The notes below the pieces were generated by a model. That model ran no database searches. It had not been told where the DNA came from and saw only the letters and a list, made by a program, of their open reading frames with translations. Positions 1 to 38,929 of a stretch of 64,000 nucleotides of DNA are shown piece after piece (positions within the stretch are counted from its first letter, which is position 1; the number at the start of each line of letters is the position of its first letter). This stretch comes from Podarcis liolepis. Its lineage: Eukaryota. The stretch lies in the NCBI GenBank assembly GCA_965112155.1, contig OZ218099.1. One strand, written 5' to 3'. A program made the position numbers and the translations under genes.

Positions 1-260
1 TCCTGGTAAATCAGAATATTAAAGTCTGGCTCCTCCTTTCCAAAGCCCAGGAAGCTTCTGCCTGGATTAGGGAAGGAGGTGCGATGCCCACATGCAGGAC
101 AACAGGACATACCCCCCCATTGCCCTTAGAAGCTGGGGCCTCTGGCCCTGTCCCCCTACAAAAAAATTCACTGCACGCCACTGCATGCATAATAATAAAA
201 AGTGTGTATTTTATAGATGCCATGAAACTCTTTGCTGTTTTCGCTACCACAGATTTATAA

Positions 261-617
261 AAGGTAAAGGTAAAAGTAAAGGACCCATGGCGTTGTGGCG
301 CTCATCTCGCTTTCAGGCAGAGGGAGCCGGTGTTTGTCCACAGACAGCTTTCCGGGTCATGTGGCCAGCATGACTAAAGCGCTTCTGGCACAACAGAACA
401 CCATGATGGAAACCAGAGCGCACAGAAACGCAGTTTACCTTCCCACTGCAGCGATACCTATTTATCTACTTGCACTGGTGTGCTTTCAAACTGCTAGGTT
501 GGCAGGAGTTGGGACACAGCAACGGGAGCTCACCCTGTTGCGGGGATTCAAACTGCCAACCTTCCGATCGGCAAGCCCAAGAGGCTCAGTGGTTTAGACC
601 ACAGCGCCACCACATCC
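261..617 (-). mobile_element. Sauria SINE (lacertid type), near full length, with 14-bp target-site duplication
   Basis: Minus strand has a tRNA-like head and an (ACCTTT)n tail (aaaggtaaaggt on +). Direct repeat ccacagatttataa at 247-260 and 618-631. Confidence 0.88.
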
Positions 618-1227
618 CCACAGATTTATAATGCCTATAACTGAAGTACTTTTCTGCAGATCAGCCAACACCTGGTTGTGTCATGCTGGAACAGCCATTC
701 CACAGGAGCAACTCACCAAGTTATAAACAACCAAATGGGTTAAAAGCAGCCCCCATGAGATCAGGGAACTTGCAGACCTAGCCCTACCTCTTCTCCCCCA
801 TGATAGAAAAGCAGTCAACAAGCACTACAGACCAGAGCGATCAGCAGCTCTGCTGGCATCAAGACCATAATACGATTCCTGCCAGTGAACACATTATTTC
901 CAGTGTTAATGAAGTGACAAATTTAGTCATGGGCAAAGCTTTCAGCCTGTAACCATTCCTGTGCTTGCCATACCAACAATCTATCCTACCATTTATCTGA
1001 AAATGTGGCAGGGAAATGAGTGCTTGTTTAGAACATCTCTAGTATTCCTTCAGTGAATATTTACTTTGAACAGACACTAAGCAGAACAAAATTCCTAGGC
1101 ACAGCCTCCTAAAACAGCTTCTGAATAGTTGCTGCCTGTGTGCCTAATCTGCTCCAAAATTCCCTTTCGTCCTAGCCCTGACATAATTGGTTCCATTAGG
1201 AAAGCATGGTTTGCATGATGAAAACTC

Positions 1228-1362
1228 CCTATCTTGCCATATTTTGAAGAGCAAAAAAGAGGATGCTATGACTGCCAATCAAAGCAAGTAAGTGCAATTG
1301 GTCTCAAATTCTACTCTTGAAAAAGGGGATGCGTCCTGGAAAAATAGAACACATGGCAATCT
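1228..1362. mobile_element. Degraded short hAT-like MITE remnant
   Basis: ttgccatat...acatggcaa degenerate inverted ends; family assignment by resemblance only. Confidence 0.4.
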
Positions 1363-1889
1363 GACATACAAGGCAGCTCTACACTCTGAGCCCTTGTTAG
1401 CATAATGTTCCCCTGCAAAAAAACGCCCACCTCATCTTGAAAGGTGGACAGGAAGAAAAGTTCAGCTTTACAAATTGTCCAACCAACTGTTAACTCAAGT
1501 ATTGTAAAACATTTGCCTCAACAGCAAACTTTATTCTGTTGTCATAAAGATTGAGCTATCATTGCTCAAGCAAAGCTGAACACGCACATAACCTAAGATT
1601 CAAGAATTCTATAAAAACATTAGCATGTATTAAAACACTAGACCTTAAATGTATTCACTGATACTGGAAGGGGGAAAGCAGGATAGCAGGAGAAAGCTAA
1701 AAACACATTTTTCTTAGTCCCCAAAACTTGCTAGAATAGTTAATTGCTGAACCCCTGATCCCAAAGCTGTGCAGCACCACCTTTGCCAATTCAGTTTGCA
1801 GCTATAGCATTGACAGAGCTGCAGATAAGCACAATGCTAACCAATATTAATGCTAGAAAAACAAAGGAAAAAATAAAAGCTATTTATAC

Positions 1890-1898
1890 CTGTGACAT
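1890..1898 (-). CDS. MUSTN1: Musculoskeletal embryonic nuclear protein 1, coding part of exon 1 (M-S-Q); remaining exons lie beyond the window start
   Basis: gcagcgATG TCA CAG|gtataa on the minus strand. MUSTN1 begins MSQ with a 3-codon first exon and lies just downstream of STIMATE in amniotes. TATA box about 85 nt upstream. Confidence 0.75.
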
Positions 1899-1977
1899 CG
1901 CTGCAGCACTCGCACTAAAAGTACCAGTAGTCTCCTTGTTTAAAATCCAAAGGCTGAAGTAGTCGGCTTTCTCTAAC

Positions 1978-1984
1978 TTTTATA
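1978..1984 (-). promoter_or_regulatory. TATA box of MUSTN1 (TATAAAA); predicted TSS near 1950-1957
   Basis: ctataaaag on the minus strand at a suitable distance upstream of the MSQ exon. Confidence 0.65.
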
Positions 1985-2158
1985 GACTCTTGTGTGAGGT
2001 CAGTCTACTGGGTCATCTTCCCAATCTAGTTCCTGGAGTGTTTGAGGTTGACACAGCCTTGATGTTGAGAGGTTTATTCTTAGCGGTGACTGAGGTTCAC
2101 AGCATTTACTGAGCTGCGTGGCTGAAGCGAGAAGAACCACACAAGTGACAAGAAAAGA

Positions 2159-2258
2159 CAGCTGGGCCAGCAGAACTATGTGGAAGTCTTGTCCTTTCTG
2201 CTTGAACAAGTAGTTGCTGTAGTTGCTCTAAGGGAACCCTCTGAGCCTCTATTTATAG
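2159..2258. promoter_or_regulatory. Muscle-type proximal elements: CAGCTG E-box (2159-2164) and consensus MEF2 site CTATTTATAG (2249-2258)
   Basis: Exact matches to CANNTG and CTA(A/T)4TAG within 300 bp upstream of the MUSTN1 TATA box. Confidence 0.5.
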
Positions 2259-2574
2259 CCTTAAAGGGCAGTGCTTTGTGTTGCAGATGCTCAATTTAGT
2301 ATTAGGCATACATACATAAATCTCATGGAAAGCCAGTAGGGCAGAACTAGTTGTAATGAGGGTTAAAAGGAGTCTTTCCCCCACTGTTGGGGTAGGGACA
2401 CTCACTGTGGAGAAAATTTAAGTGGGGAAAATGAGGTGCTTGAACTTCCCAGTTGCTAATTCTCCTCAGCAAAAAGTCAATCTTCTGGGTCATTTTAATA
2501 TCAATTTCCACTACTCTCTCCAGCTAAATTCCAAAAGCAAGAAGTAGGCCTTGCTGAGATAAGTACAGCTGAAG

Positions 2575-2990
2575 GGAAGGGGATATGGATGAAGGCCAAC
2601 AAGATGAAACTTCATCTAGACAAGCTGTTGATTAGGAACTCTAATTCTGGATGGAGATATTCAACCTGTCTTAGATGATGTTATACCTTTCCTGAAGTAC
2701 CAAGTACAGCTTTGGGGGTTATCCTACAACTGGCACCATCTCTGTGTACACCCATGGTCTCAGTGGCTGGGAACGCCTTTGCCAGATTCAACTGCTTTGC
2801 TGACTGCAGCAACCCTACCTGGAGAAAGGGAACCAGGTCTCAGGCATAACTCATGCACTGAGTCAATTTACATTGGACTCCCTCAGTGCTCTTCATGTGG
2901 GGCCATCTTCAATAAAATAGTTAAGAAATGACCATTGGGTAACCAGATCCAACTCCTTTGCAGTATCTGTTACCGCCAGTTAACTGTATA
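2575..2990 (+). mobile_element. Degraded L2-type LINE ORF2 fragment
   Basis: Translates piecewise as WMKANKMKLHLDKL... and PVLDDVIPFLKYQVQ, typical of the post-RT region of L2 ORF2; frameshifted. Confidence 0.6.
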
Positions 2991-3041
2991 TTAAATAAAT
3001 CCAATATGCAGGTAATGAAGTGAAGAAAGCTGGGACATTTT

Positions 3042-3063
3042 TTTATTAAGTCAAAACTTTATT
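3042..3063 (-). terminator. Tandem AATAAA polyadenylation signals, likely distal end of the STIMATE 3'UTR
   Basis: tttatt at 3042-3047 and 3058-3063, with U-rich sequence downstream on the minus strand. More proximal AATAAA candidates also exist (near 4160, 4640, 4790). Confidence 0.55.
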
Positions 3064-4440
3064 GTAAACCATGATTTAGGTACATAACATTCTTTCCATT
3101 TTAATGAAACACCATAAGTTAAACATGATCCGGAGGACATCTTGACTTGCATTTTTAACTTCAAGGGACCTACTTTTTATTTCGAATCCCAGATGCACCC
3201 AAAAATCCTAATTGCAAAGAGTATCCCTTAAAAAAACAAAAACACATTTGCTTTGTAAAACTATAGTATTTTCCTGTCATTTAACCGGAAACTTTTACAA
3301 GAGTTTTGATGTATTGCAAGTTTCCTATTGGCCGATGTGGCTGGTTTTGTTGTGTTCACCACCACACTGCTTTTGTACGGATGCTGCAAACTGCAATTAG
3401 CCATGCACAGGGGCGAAGATGCCCAGATTTCAAAATAGGAAATGTTAAGGCTGAACAGCCCTCCTCCCACCGCTTTCCTTCCAGCAAGGCATAGCTGGAA
3501 ACCAAGCACATGCTTGTGAGGGGAATGCCTTTGCATTGCTGTAGTTCGGTTCACAAATCAACGAGTATGAGGTCTTTTCCCTGAAGAGAAGCTTGTAACA
3601 CATTTTTTTCCAGCAACATTAACACACAGCATTTCATTTAAAGATCGTATGGGAGACACTAATATGTTTAAAAACAGAAAATGATGACTACATAACCACC
3701 ACAGGATGTCCCAAATAATTATGTCGGGCACATGATATCATGCACAGTCAATGAGGCAAATCACGGTCTGTTTCATTTTTGGATCTCATCCATTTGGCAA
3801 GGGGAAACTGATAGTCTCTCCATTGAATTCAGCACACGGTACTATTTTTGTTTTAAGAGTAGAAAGAACTGGACCACATTAGTCACATTAGAATCAGGTT
3901 TCTCAAGCACAGACTGAAGTACACTTTTTTGTGACAAGATCTTTACAAATTGACCTTCAGAGTTCCACTTAGGTTTTGCCTACTTCCTCTCTTCCTCTGC
4001 CCTCTTCAAACTGCCACAACTCACTGAGGAGCAAGCCAACACACCCAAAATCAATTTAAGGGCAAGCAAAAATGCAGCACTGTAAAGAGCAAAACATAGC
4101 CAATTTCAGCTAGGCTGTATCCTGCCCCTGCCCCTGCCCCCATTCAAAATTATTGTTCCTTTATTCTATTGCACCTTTCCAAAAGTAATTAGTTTGTTTT
4201 ACAGAAGAGCTTAGAGCAAAATTCAAGCCATTCTCCAACTTCTTCACATGTTAACTCTGATGTGATGTCGCAATGACCACTAGCTGTGACAGCTTTATGG
4301 ATGTTTACAGACAACTGATCTAACAGCTCTGACAACCATGCGGGACCTCTGTATAGAAGCAGTGTGTACCTCTAAATACCAGCTACTGGGGACTTGACAG
4401 CAGAAGGCCATTAATTTGATGTCCCGCGTAACAGCTAGAG

Positions 4441-4576
4441 CAGCCTTTCTCAACCTTGGGTCCTCGGACATTGTTGGACTACAACTCCCAGCATCCCTAG
4501 CCAGCAGGGCCTGTGGTCAGGGATTATGGGAGTTGTAGTCCAACAACAAATGGGGAGCCGAAGTTGAGAAAGGCTG
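4441..4576. mobile_element. Palindromic hAT-type MITE
   Basis: TIRs cagcctttctcaac / gttgagaaaggctg; internal arms ttgttggactacaactccca / tgggagttgtagtccaacaa; imperfect 8-bp TSD agctagag / gcctagag. Confidence 0.8.
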
Positions 4577-7288
4577 GCCTAGAGGAATCTGACTGCTGTG
4601 GGAAACATAGATCTAGATGCGACCCACAAAGGCAATTTTTATTGTTCTTAAATGTGGTCCATGCACACATATTGACATCTGAGCATTTTAAACCCATCTT
4701 TGGCCAGTACTGCTTCACCATGTCAAGCTGCAAGACACAAAAAGCACCGTGAAATACAACAATGCAGCAAAAAAGCTGAACAGAGTACCCTTTATTCTTT
4801 AGGTTTTTGAATTAAGCTGCTTTCCAATGCCTCATGCTATTCAATAAAATGGTAAATCTGAGGTCTCCTCCAAGTTGGAATATTTAACACAATTAAGGCT
4901 TTGGGTTCATTTTTTACAATTCCCCATCCCAACACTGTTTAAAACAGACATTTCACGTAACTGAAGCCACAGGAAGAAATGAATAAAGTTAAGCTTTTGG
5001 ATTTAGTCAGCTAGGTATTATGAAACTGAAAAATAAATAAATGGCCTACGGTTTCATCTCGGTTTGTTTCACTACCTCAGGTAAAGTAAGTTAAATTGAC
5101 AAATCATATCCGTATCTGCCATTCTGCAGAAATGAGATGCCATCCACACAATTTTGAGTCCCTGAATGAACTTTTAAAAATAGATTACAGGTATGGACTA
5201 CCCCATCGGCACGGGGACCCAAGCATGAGGGAGAGAAGAGGTGCTTTAATCCTTTCCCCTCTGCTTTGGCCCCAATCCAGAGGAAGCCCATACATGTTAT
5301 TTGCATATAAATCTTACTGAGGATAAGGATGTGGATGTACTGGGGAGAAGGCCTCCCATAAACATCTAATTTGTCCCCAAGAATCTCACAAAGGTGTGAT
5401 GGAACCTGCCTTCAGGTGTGATTCTTGACAGAACAGGCATTTCCCCGCCTCCTAATAGAGGCTTCGCTTAACTTTATATTGAGATAAGCATCATTTCCCT
5501 TTGTTTTCAGCCTGAACACCAACATGTAACAAAGTATTGCAGATATGATGCTGTGCAAAAGAAACAACCCCCACCATTCATTATGTAGTTCCGAAACGCA
5601 TCGCCCATGGCAAGTGAGGCAAATGTCACTCCCCTCAGAACTACCGCCGTTAAGCTAGCAAAAAGCAACAATGGAGCCTTGCATTGTACCCCCCCCAAGT
5701 CCAGTGATATCCCCCAACACCAGCTGCCTGTGTAGCCGACTGCATTTAAGACAGACTACACATATAAAAACTGTAAAAAAAAATATCTGAAAAGTCCGAG
5801 CTCCTGTCGTTGAAAGTGTTGTAAGGCTTGAAATATAGTCTGATATTCAGATACCATAAATTACAGATTTGCATCCCCCCCTCTTCTTATTCTGAAAACA
5901 CTTTTGCTGTTTTGTTGTATCAAAGATTTAAATGAGCATGGAAAACTGCCAAATAGTAACTAGCATCAAAATAAGTTGTGGGCACCAAATCAGGTAGGCA
6001 AGTATTCCATTGACAAGAGAGATATTCTGAGTTACCATAGGATAGCAGAACAACAAAAGCAGCAACTACCATGATGTTGTTAATGGGTGAGTATATGCAT
6101 TAGGTGCTGTTACCTCTGGCCTTATTTTGTTCTTAGGAAATTGAGGAATGAGTTACTGCTAAAAGTGATCAGCACTCTTTGTAGCAGTAAGAAATGCTCT
6201 AAGGAAGAACAGAATTTCAAATCCTGTTACATCACTATTCATAGCTGTCGATCACACGAAGGCCCAACTGTTATCGTTTCAAGGAAAGATTGTAATATCA
6301 TATATATAGAAAAGGAATGTTGCTTCAGATTTGGAATAGTTGAGATATGGGCTCAGAAGACTTGCAAGCACTTAAGAAACCAACATTACTGAAGTCTCTA
6401 AAATGTTCAGTGACAAATAGAATTGCCAATTATTGTTGCTTTTATGCTAAAGTGCACAGGACCATGTATACACCAAATGGTCTTCAGGTCACAGAAGTGA
6501 CCAGGAATTTAATCTGCCAACTACTTGCTGCCTTTCACTGTGTTTTGGTTTAGCCAGGCTTGCGCAGAGCTCCCATTCGAGGCCATGTGTAACTAGAGGC
6601 CACTTGGCCACCATTTCCCTTTGTCACATGACTCTCCTTTATATGACAGACACAATGAAAAACATTTTTTTTTGCTGCAAGTTTTTGACCTTTTCACCAC
6701 ACACAGAAAGTAACAACATAATATTCTTTGACAAACACAATCCTTAAATATCCCAGTATGAAAATATAACTTAAATATAAAAGTTCAAATAGGTTAGAGG
6801 AGCTTTGGGGTAGGGGGGTGGGGCAACTTTTACAGCCAAAAGTACCCTTAAGAAGTAAAGTTACATAAGAATATTAAGTTACGATTTGTAACTGCAAAAC
6901 TATTCTGTCCTAGGAATATGTTGCAAAAGCCTTTTTTTTTTTAAGTAATAAAACATACTGATTCAAATGTTGTTAATCCGACGTCTCTCTCATAATATCG
7001 TTCAGGAACCATAGCAGAAACAATGGTGCTCTATGGCGCCTTTTTCCAAAGGGTCGCGTACAAATTGCCTTGGTAACAAGAATTTTTCCACCCATGATGA
7101 AAAGGTACTCTTGCATATTTGGTCAGTGTTTCCATAGTGCAACTGAACAGGTAGCTTTCCCCACTATCCATGTTCTGTTTCTTCTGAGTCAGTTTCCAGG
7201 CAATAAGCATAGTGTTGCCAAGTGAAAAATCCACTATCCATAGAAGCATCTGTCACAAAACCTGCAAATGTGCAGGCCACAGAATCTG

Positions 7289-34421
<27,133 letters not shown>

Positions 34422-35639
34422 GGCGGACTGAGCGCGCCGCGGAGCAGGTGCGCCGGCCAGAGGGAAGGAGAGGGAGGGTCGCTCGCAGGCTCCGCGGCGC
34501 TTCCTGGGGACGGGGGAGGAACCCCACGCGTCATCGGCAGCGCGTGACGTCAGGCGCCGTGAGCCTCGGGGGAGGGCGGGGCTAAGGGGGCGTCGGGGCC
34601 GCGGCCGCCGCTCTCCGTCTGTCAGGTGAGGCGGGATGCGGGTCTGGGAAGATGTTCTCTTCGTCGTCTGAGGAGGGAACAGGAGGCTGGGCGAGCCCTC
34701 GTCCTCCTCTCCGCGCCCCGGGGAGAGTCGACGCGGAGCTAAGGGCTCGGCCCGGTCTGTTTCTGCGCCGAGGACGGAGGTTGGGCTTTCTTCCGAGGAG
34801 GAGCTTCGTTTTGCCCGCGGGTGAAGGAGGAAGCCTTCGCCCTCCCAGCTCCTGCCGCCACAGCCAAAGCCACCGAGGAGGCAGCTTTACTTGCCAGGGT
34901 CGCCCGTGGTCATTCGGCAACCCGACGCCGGCCGCTGTGGGGAATGACAGGACCTCGAGCGGGAAACGGCTACCTCTTCTCGTCTCCCAGCCTAATGGAC
35001 CTGGTGCTGTGAAAAGTAAGGGCCTGCAGGAAGCTAGCTATTGCTGTGTCTTATAAAAAAAGCTCTAATGCTGTTTTTGGCCTGTTTAAAAACCATTTAA
35101 TCCACGGGCTCATTTATTATGTTCTGTTTCGTAAGATTTATATACCGCTAGATTGTAAAAACGACCTCGAAGCGGTTTACAGAACGGAAAAAAAGACAAA
35201 ACAGTAAAATCAAGAACGATTTTGGGGACAATAAGTCCAGCCTTGTACCAAACCTGAGATCGCCTTTTTACAGCTGCATAAGTGCAACACATGCCATTGG
35301 TTTGAGAAACAATGTCTAGGTTGGGGTTTAGAAGTGGCAGCTTTCAGGATACTTTGGAGATGGCTAATGGGGAATTCAGTTTAGACTTTTTAAAATATTG
35401 GCACAGGGACTTGAGCCCAAGACTTGTGTCTCAATTCGGAGCTGGTCTCAAGGCTCAAAGCTAGATACTGTACTGTGCAAATAGCACTGAGAAACACGGG
35501 TGCCTGCTAATTACTGTACAGTATTAGACTCTGAGGACTAGTTTGACACCCCCAATGGTGGAAACTATCCTCGCAGCACAGGACTCTTACTGTTACCGTT
35601 TTGTACTTGCTGCAAAGTTATGGATTTTTTAATCTCGCA

Positions 35640-35731
35640 TTTAGGATGCAATCCTAATCCTACCTACCTACCTGGGGGCAAACCCCTACAGAACTCAGTA
35701 ATTTTCTTGAGTAGGAATGGTTAAGACTGCA
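35640..35731. repeat. Old short palindromic repeat family (gcaatccta...taggattgc type); further decayed copies near 10640-10740, 36597-36690, 57835-57950, 63690-63745
   Basis: Shared gcaatccta / cccattga..tcaatgg / taggattg motifs among copies. Confidence 0.55.
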
Positions 35732-36165
35732 GAAAGACATTCCAATTTTTGGTGACTTGTGTACTTCAGTTTTATATAATACATTTAGTAATAAATGGAT
35801 GCCAGCAAAAATATATTTATGCCAGGAGTCAAGTATACTTAGAATGTGTTGAATTTTCTTTTGATAGAGGATATGTCACAAAACTAGTTTGTGTCTTGTG
35901 TCTGTAACAAACTGTTTTCTCATGATGATTTATAGCTGTAATTGTGAACAGGGATATTTATTAACATCACACTGATCTCAGTACTGTATGTAATAAAATA
36001 TCTGCTGTATTGATTTGTACAATGAAGGTTTATCAATACCTGAGAGCAAATATTTATCTTGTTGCATATTGGAAGATAAACTTCTACCAGGCCATTGGAT
36101 ATAAACCCATGTGACATGTCTGATTATTTTTCTCTACCCAAGAAGGAAATAAAATGTTTTAAATA

Positions 36166-36425
36166 CTGTATTTTTTGCTCTATAAGACTCACTTTTTCCC
36201 TCCTAAAAAGTAAGGGGAAATGTGTGTGCGTCTTATGGAGCGAATGCAAGGCTGCGCAGCTATCCCAGAAGCCAGAACAGCAAAAGGGATTGCTGCTTTC
36301 ACTGCGCAGCGATCCCTCTTGCTGTTCTGGCTTCCGAGATTCAGAATATTTTTTTTCTTGTTTTCCTCCTCCAAAAACTAGGTGCGTCTTGTGGTCTGGT
36401 GCGTCTTATAGAGCGAAAAATACGG
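36166..36425. mobile_element. Tc1/mariner-pogo MITE
   Basis: TA|ctgtattttttgctctataagactcac...gtgcgtcttatagagcgaaaaatacgg|TA; internal hairpin gaagccagaacagcaa / ttgctgttctggcttc. Confidence 0.88.
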
Positions 36426-37264
36426 TATATAATGAGAATGGTTTGAGTGCACAATCACTACATTCAGTTGCATGTGCTTTCAAGCTGGAGAATGTGGATT
36501 GAAGTGTTTTTTATTTCATTGTTTTCAACTAAAGAATGCGTAACTGTATGCAGCACAATATTTACTTGTGAGTTTGTACTGAGCTATTTTTCTGCTTTAG
36601 GCTGCAATCCTATATTCATTTACCCCCAAGTGAAGTCCTGCTGAACTCAAACTAGGTTTACATCTGAGTAGATTTGTATAGGATTGTAATGTAAATGGCA
36701 GAACTTTAACACTACAAGTCAATCTATGCTAGTTGTAGAACATGCAAGGCTCTACAACTCTTCTTAAAAGGCTTTACTGTACATGTAATTGACACTGAGT
36801 AGACTTGTCTTCAGGGATACAGTAGTAACACTCTTGAGCAAAAAACAGTTTTATATTATTACATTTTTATGTTTCTTGTAGCTCAAATGCAGGACAAGAG
36901 TTTAACTCTAGCAGGAGGCAATCTAGAAAAAACGAACATTTTAAATTCCAAATCTTGAAGTTGTCTTCCATGTATATTTAAATTATGAAGTTTCCTCTGG
37001 TGCTGGAACAAATACTGAACCACATATAACACAATAATTATTATGATAATTATTAAGATTAGGGTGTGCATCAAATATTTGCTTTGAGTACTACTGTGGT
37101 AAGTGAATTGATGTAGCTTGGCAACTTTTGAGGATACTCATTTTGACTTGTGTCCAAAGCAGAACTTCCCCTATGGAAAAATCTGAAGTTTCATATGTCT
37201 TCCCATTGACTTATCCTCCCACCCCCCACCTCCCGTAGAGGATGTCTGTCACATTTTAAATATA

Positions 37265-37470
37265 CAGTGGTACCTCTGGTTACGTACTTAATTTGTTCTG
37301 GAGGTCCGTTCTTAACCTGAAGCACCACTTTAGCTAATGGAGCCTCCCGCTGCTGTCACGCCGCCACATGATTTCTGTTCTCATCCTGAAGCAAAGTTCT
37401 TTACCCGAGGTACTATTTCTGGGTTAGCGGAGTTTGTAACCTGAAGCGTATGTAACCCGAGGTACCACTG
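37265..37470. mobile_element. Tigger-like MITE
   Basis: TA|cagtggtacctc...gaggtaccactg|TA. Confidence 0.9.
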
Positions 37471-38929
37471 TATAGGCAGCTTTGTGTATGCAAGGGAATC
37501 CATTCAAGTTTGGGTGGAAAGAATTTGCTTACCACATTCTGGAGTGGGGGGTATTTATGGAAATAGTTTACATTGTAGAGATGCCCTTAATTTAAGTAAC
37601 CTGTATCAGATGGATAGGTACATAGGTTAGGGAAATAAATTTAATGAAAAACTGTTTTCTGTCAATTTGACAGCAAAGTGAGCTGTCTGTCAGAAAAACT
37701 AGACTCCTGCCTGCCTTTCTTATATGAAGTGGCTAGGGGAGAAATGTATAGATTTTCCAAGGCACACTGTGTGTCTCCAACACAATCATAAAGCTTCAGG
37801 AAGAATAAGATCTCTTCAGTATGGTGTACTTCTGGGAGCACCTAGTCAGACAAGCCCCTTCTCTTTTCCTAGCAGCTCACTTTATCAGAACCAGATTTAT
37901 CAAATCTAATTAAAATAGGTGTCATCTTGAGCTTTCATCACCTTACACTAGCAGTTCTCAGCATGCAATACTGTTGGGAGGGCGATAAGGTGATTGCTGG
38001 TAATTATTTTTACATATTTAAACATTAATGCAATAAACATATTATTTCTAAGATCACTACAAAGTATGGAGTTTGGCCAGAGAAAAAAATGCTTGTAGGT
38101 TAATTCTGTCTATTCAAGCCTGTCCAGAAATAAGATTCACCTATTGTGTTCAACAGATAAAAGTGTCTAAGAGAACAATGTTAGTTTTGCAGGCCAGAAT
38201 ACAAATTGATTCATATGCCAGCAACACTACCTAATTTGGTTCTGGTGTTACTTTAATCAACTCTTCTCTAGGAACCACCAGGAAAAGAAAAATCAAGTAA
38301 GGAGGTTCTGAAATCTACTTCAATATCCCTTTACAAACCGAAGTGGACATGGGAAATGTTTTTTTTGCAAGGAGGAGGTCCAAATATAAATGTAACTTAA
38401 GATTTCCAACGATGATTCACTTTGTTTAAACTGAAAATACATATGTCTCTGTATTTGTTTTGATAAACCAATAAAACAGTAAAAAAACCCTTATTGATAT
38501 ATTGCCTCCACCGACAGAGCCTATATGCTTTTGAACGCATGAGAGTTACTACTGGACTCAGTTCCTGTTCATTTCTTAACTGAGGCACTGGATTGGCCAT
38601 TGTGGACAACAGAATATTAGACAAGAAAAGCTTTTGTTCTATCCAGCAGCATTCTTACCAGCAGATTTTTCTAGGGAAAACTGTTTGCAAAAGTTCTTTC
38701 CTAAGAGGGTCACAGGCAAATAAGACCAGTGCTAAGAGCATATGATAATGTTTCTTGAACCATAATTGTAGGACACTTGGAAATTCACCTTTGTGCCTAT
38801 GAACTCTCAAGTGCTTGTTTATGTATCAGTAATGTAATCCAGTTTCCCCTCAATGACACATGTAACGTGGAATTCTGAGCACTCAAGCAATACTCAGCTT
38901 ATTGACACAAAAGTAGACCAGCAGCAATT

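Larger units (their letters stand above)
3030..7288 (-). other. STIMATE: Putative STIMATE 3'UTR (about 4.2 kb)
   Basis: AU-rich, repeat-poor sequence between the stop codon and the tandem AATAAA. Confidence 0.55.

Noticed and set aside
5060-5082. TGAGGTAGT (let-7 5' end) on the minus strand
   Set aside because: The rest of the sequence is not let-7, no convincing precursor hairpin is seen, and the orientation is wrong for a target site.
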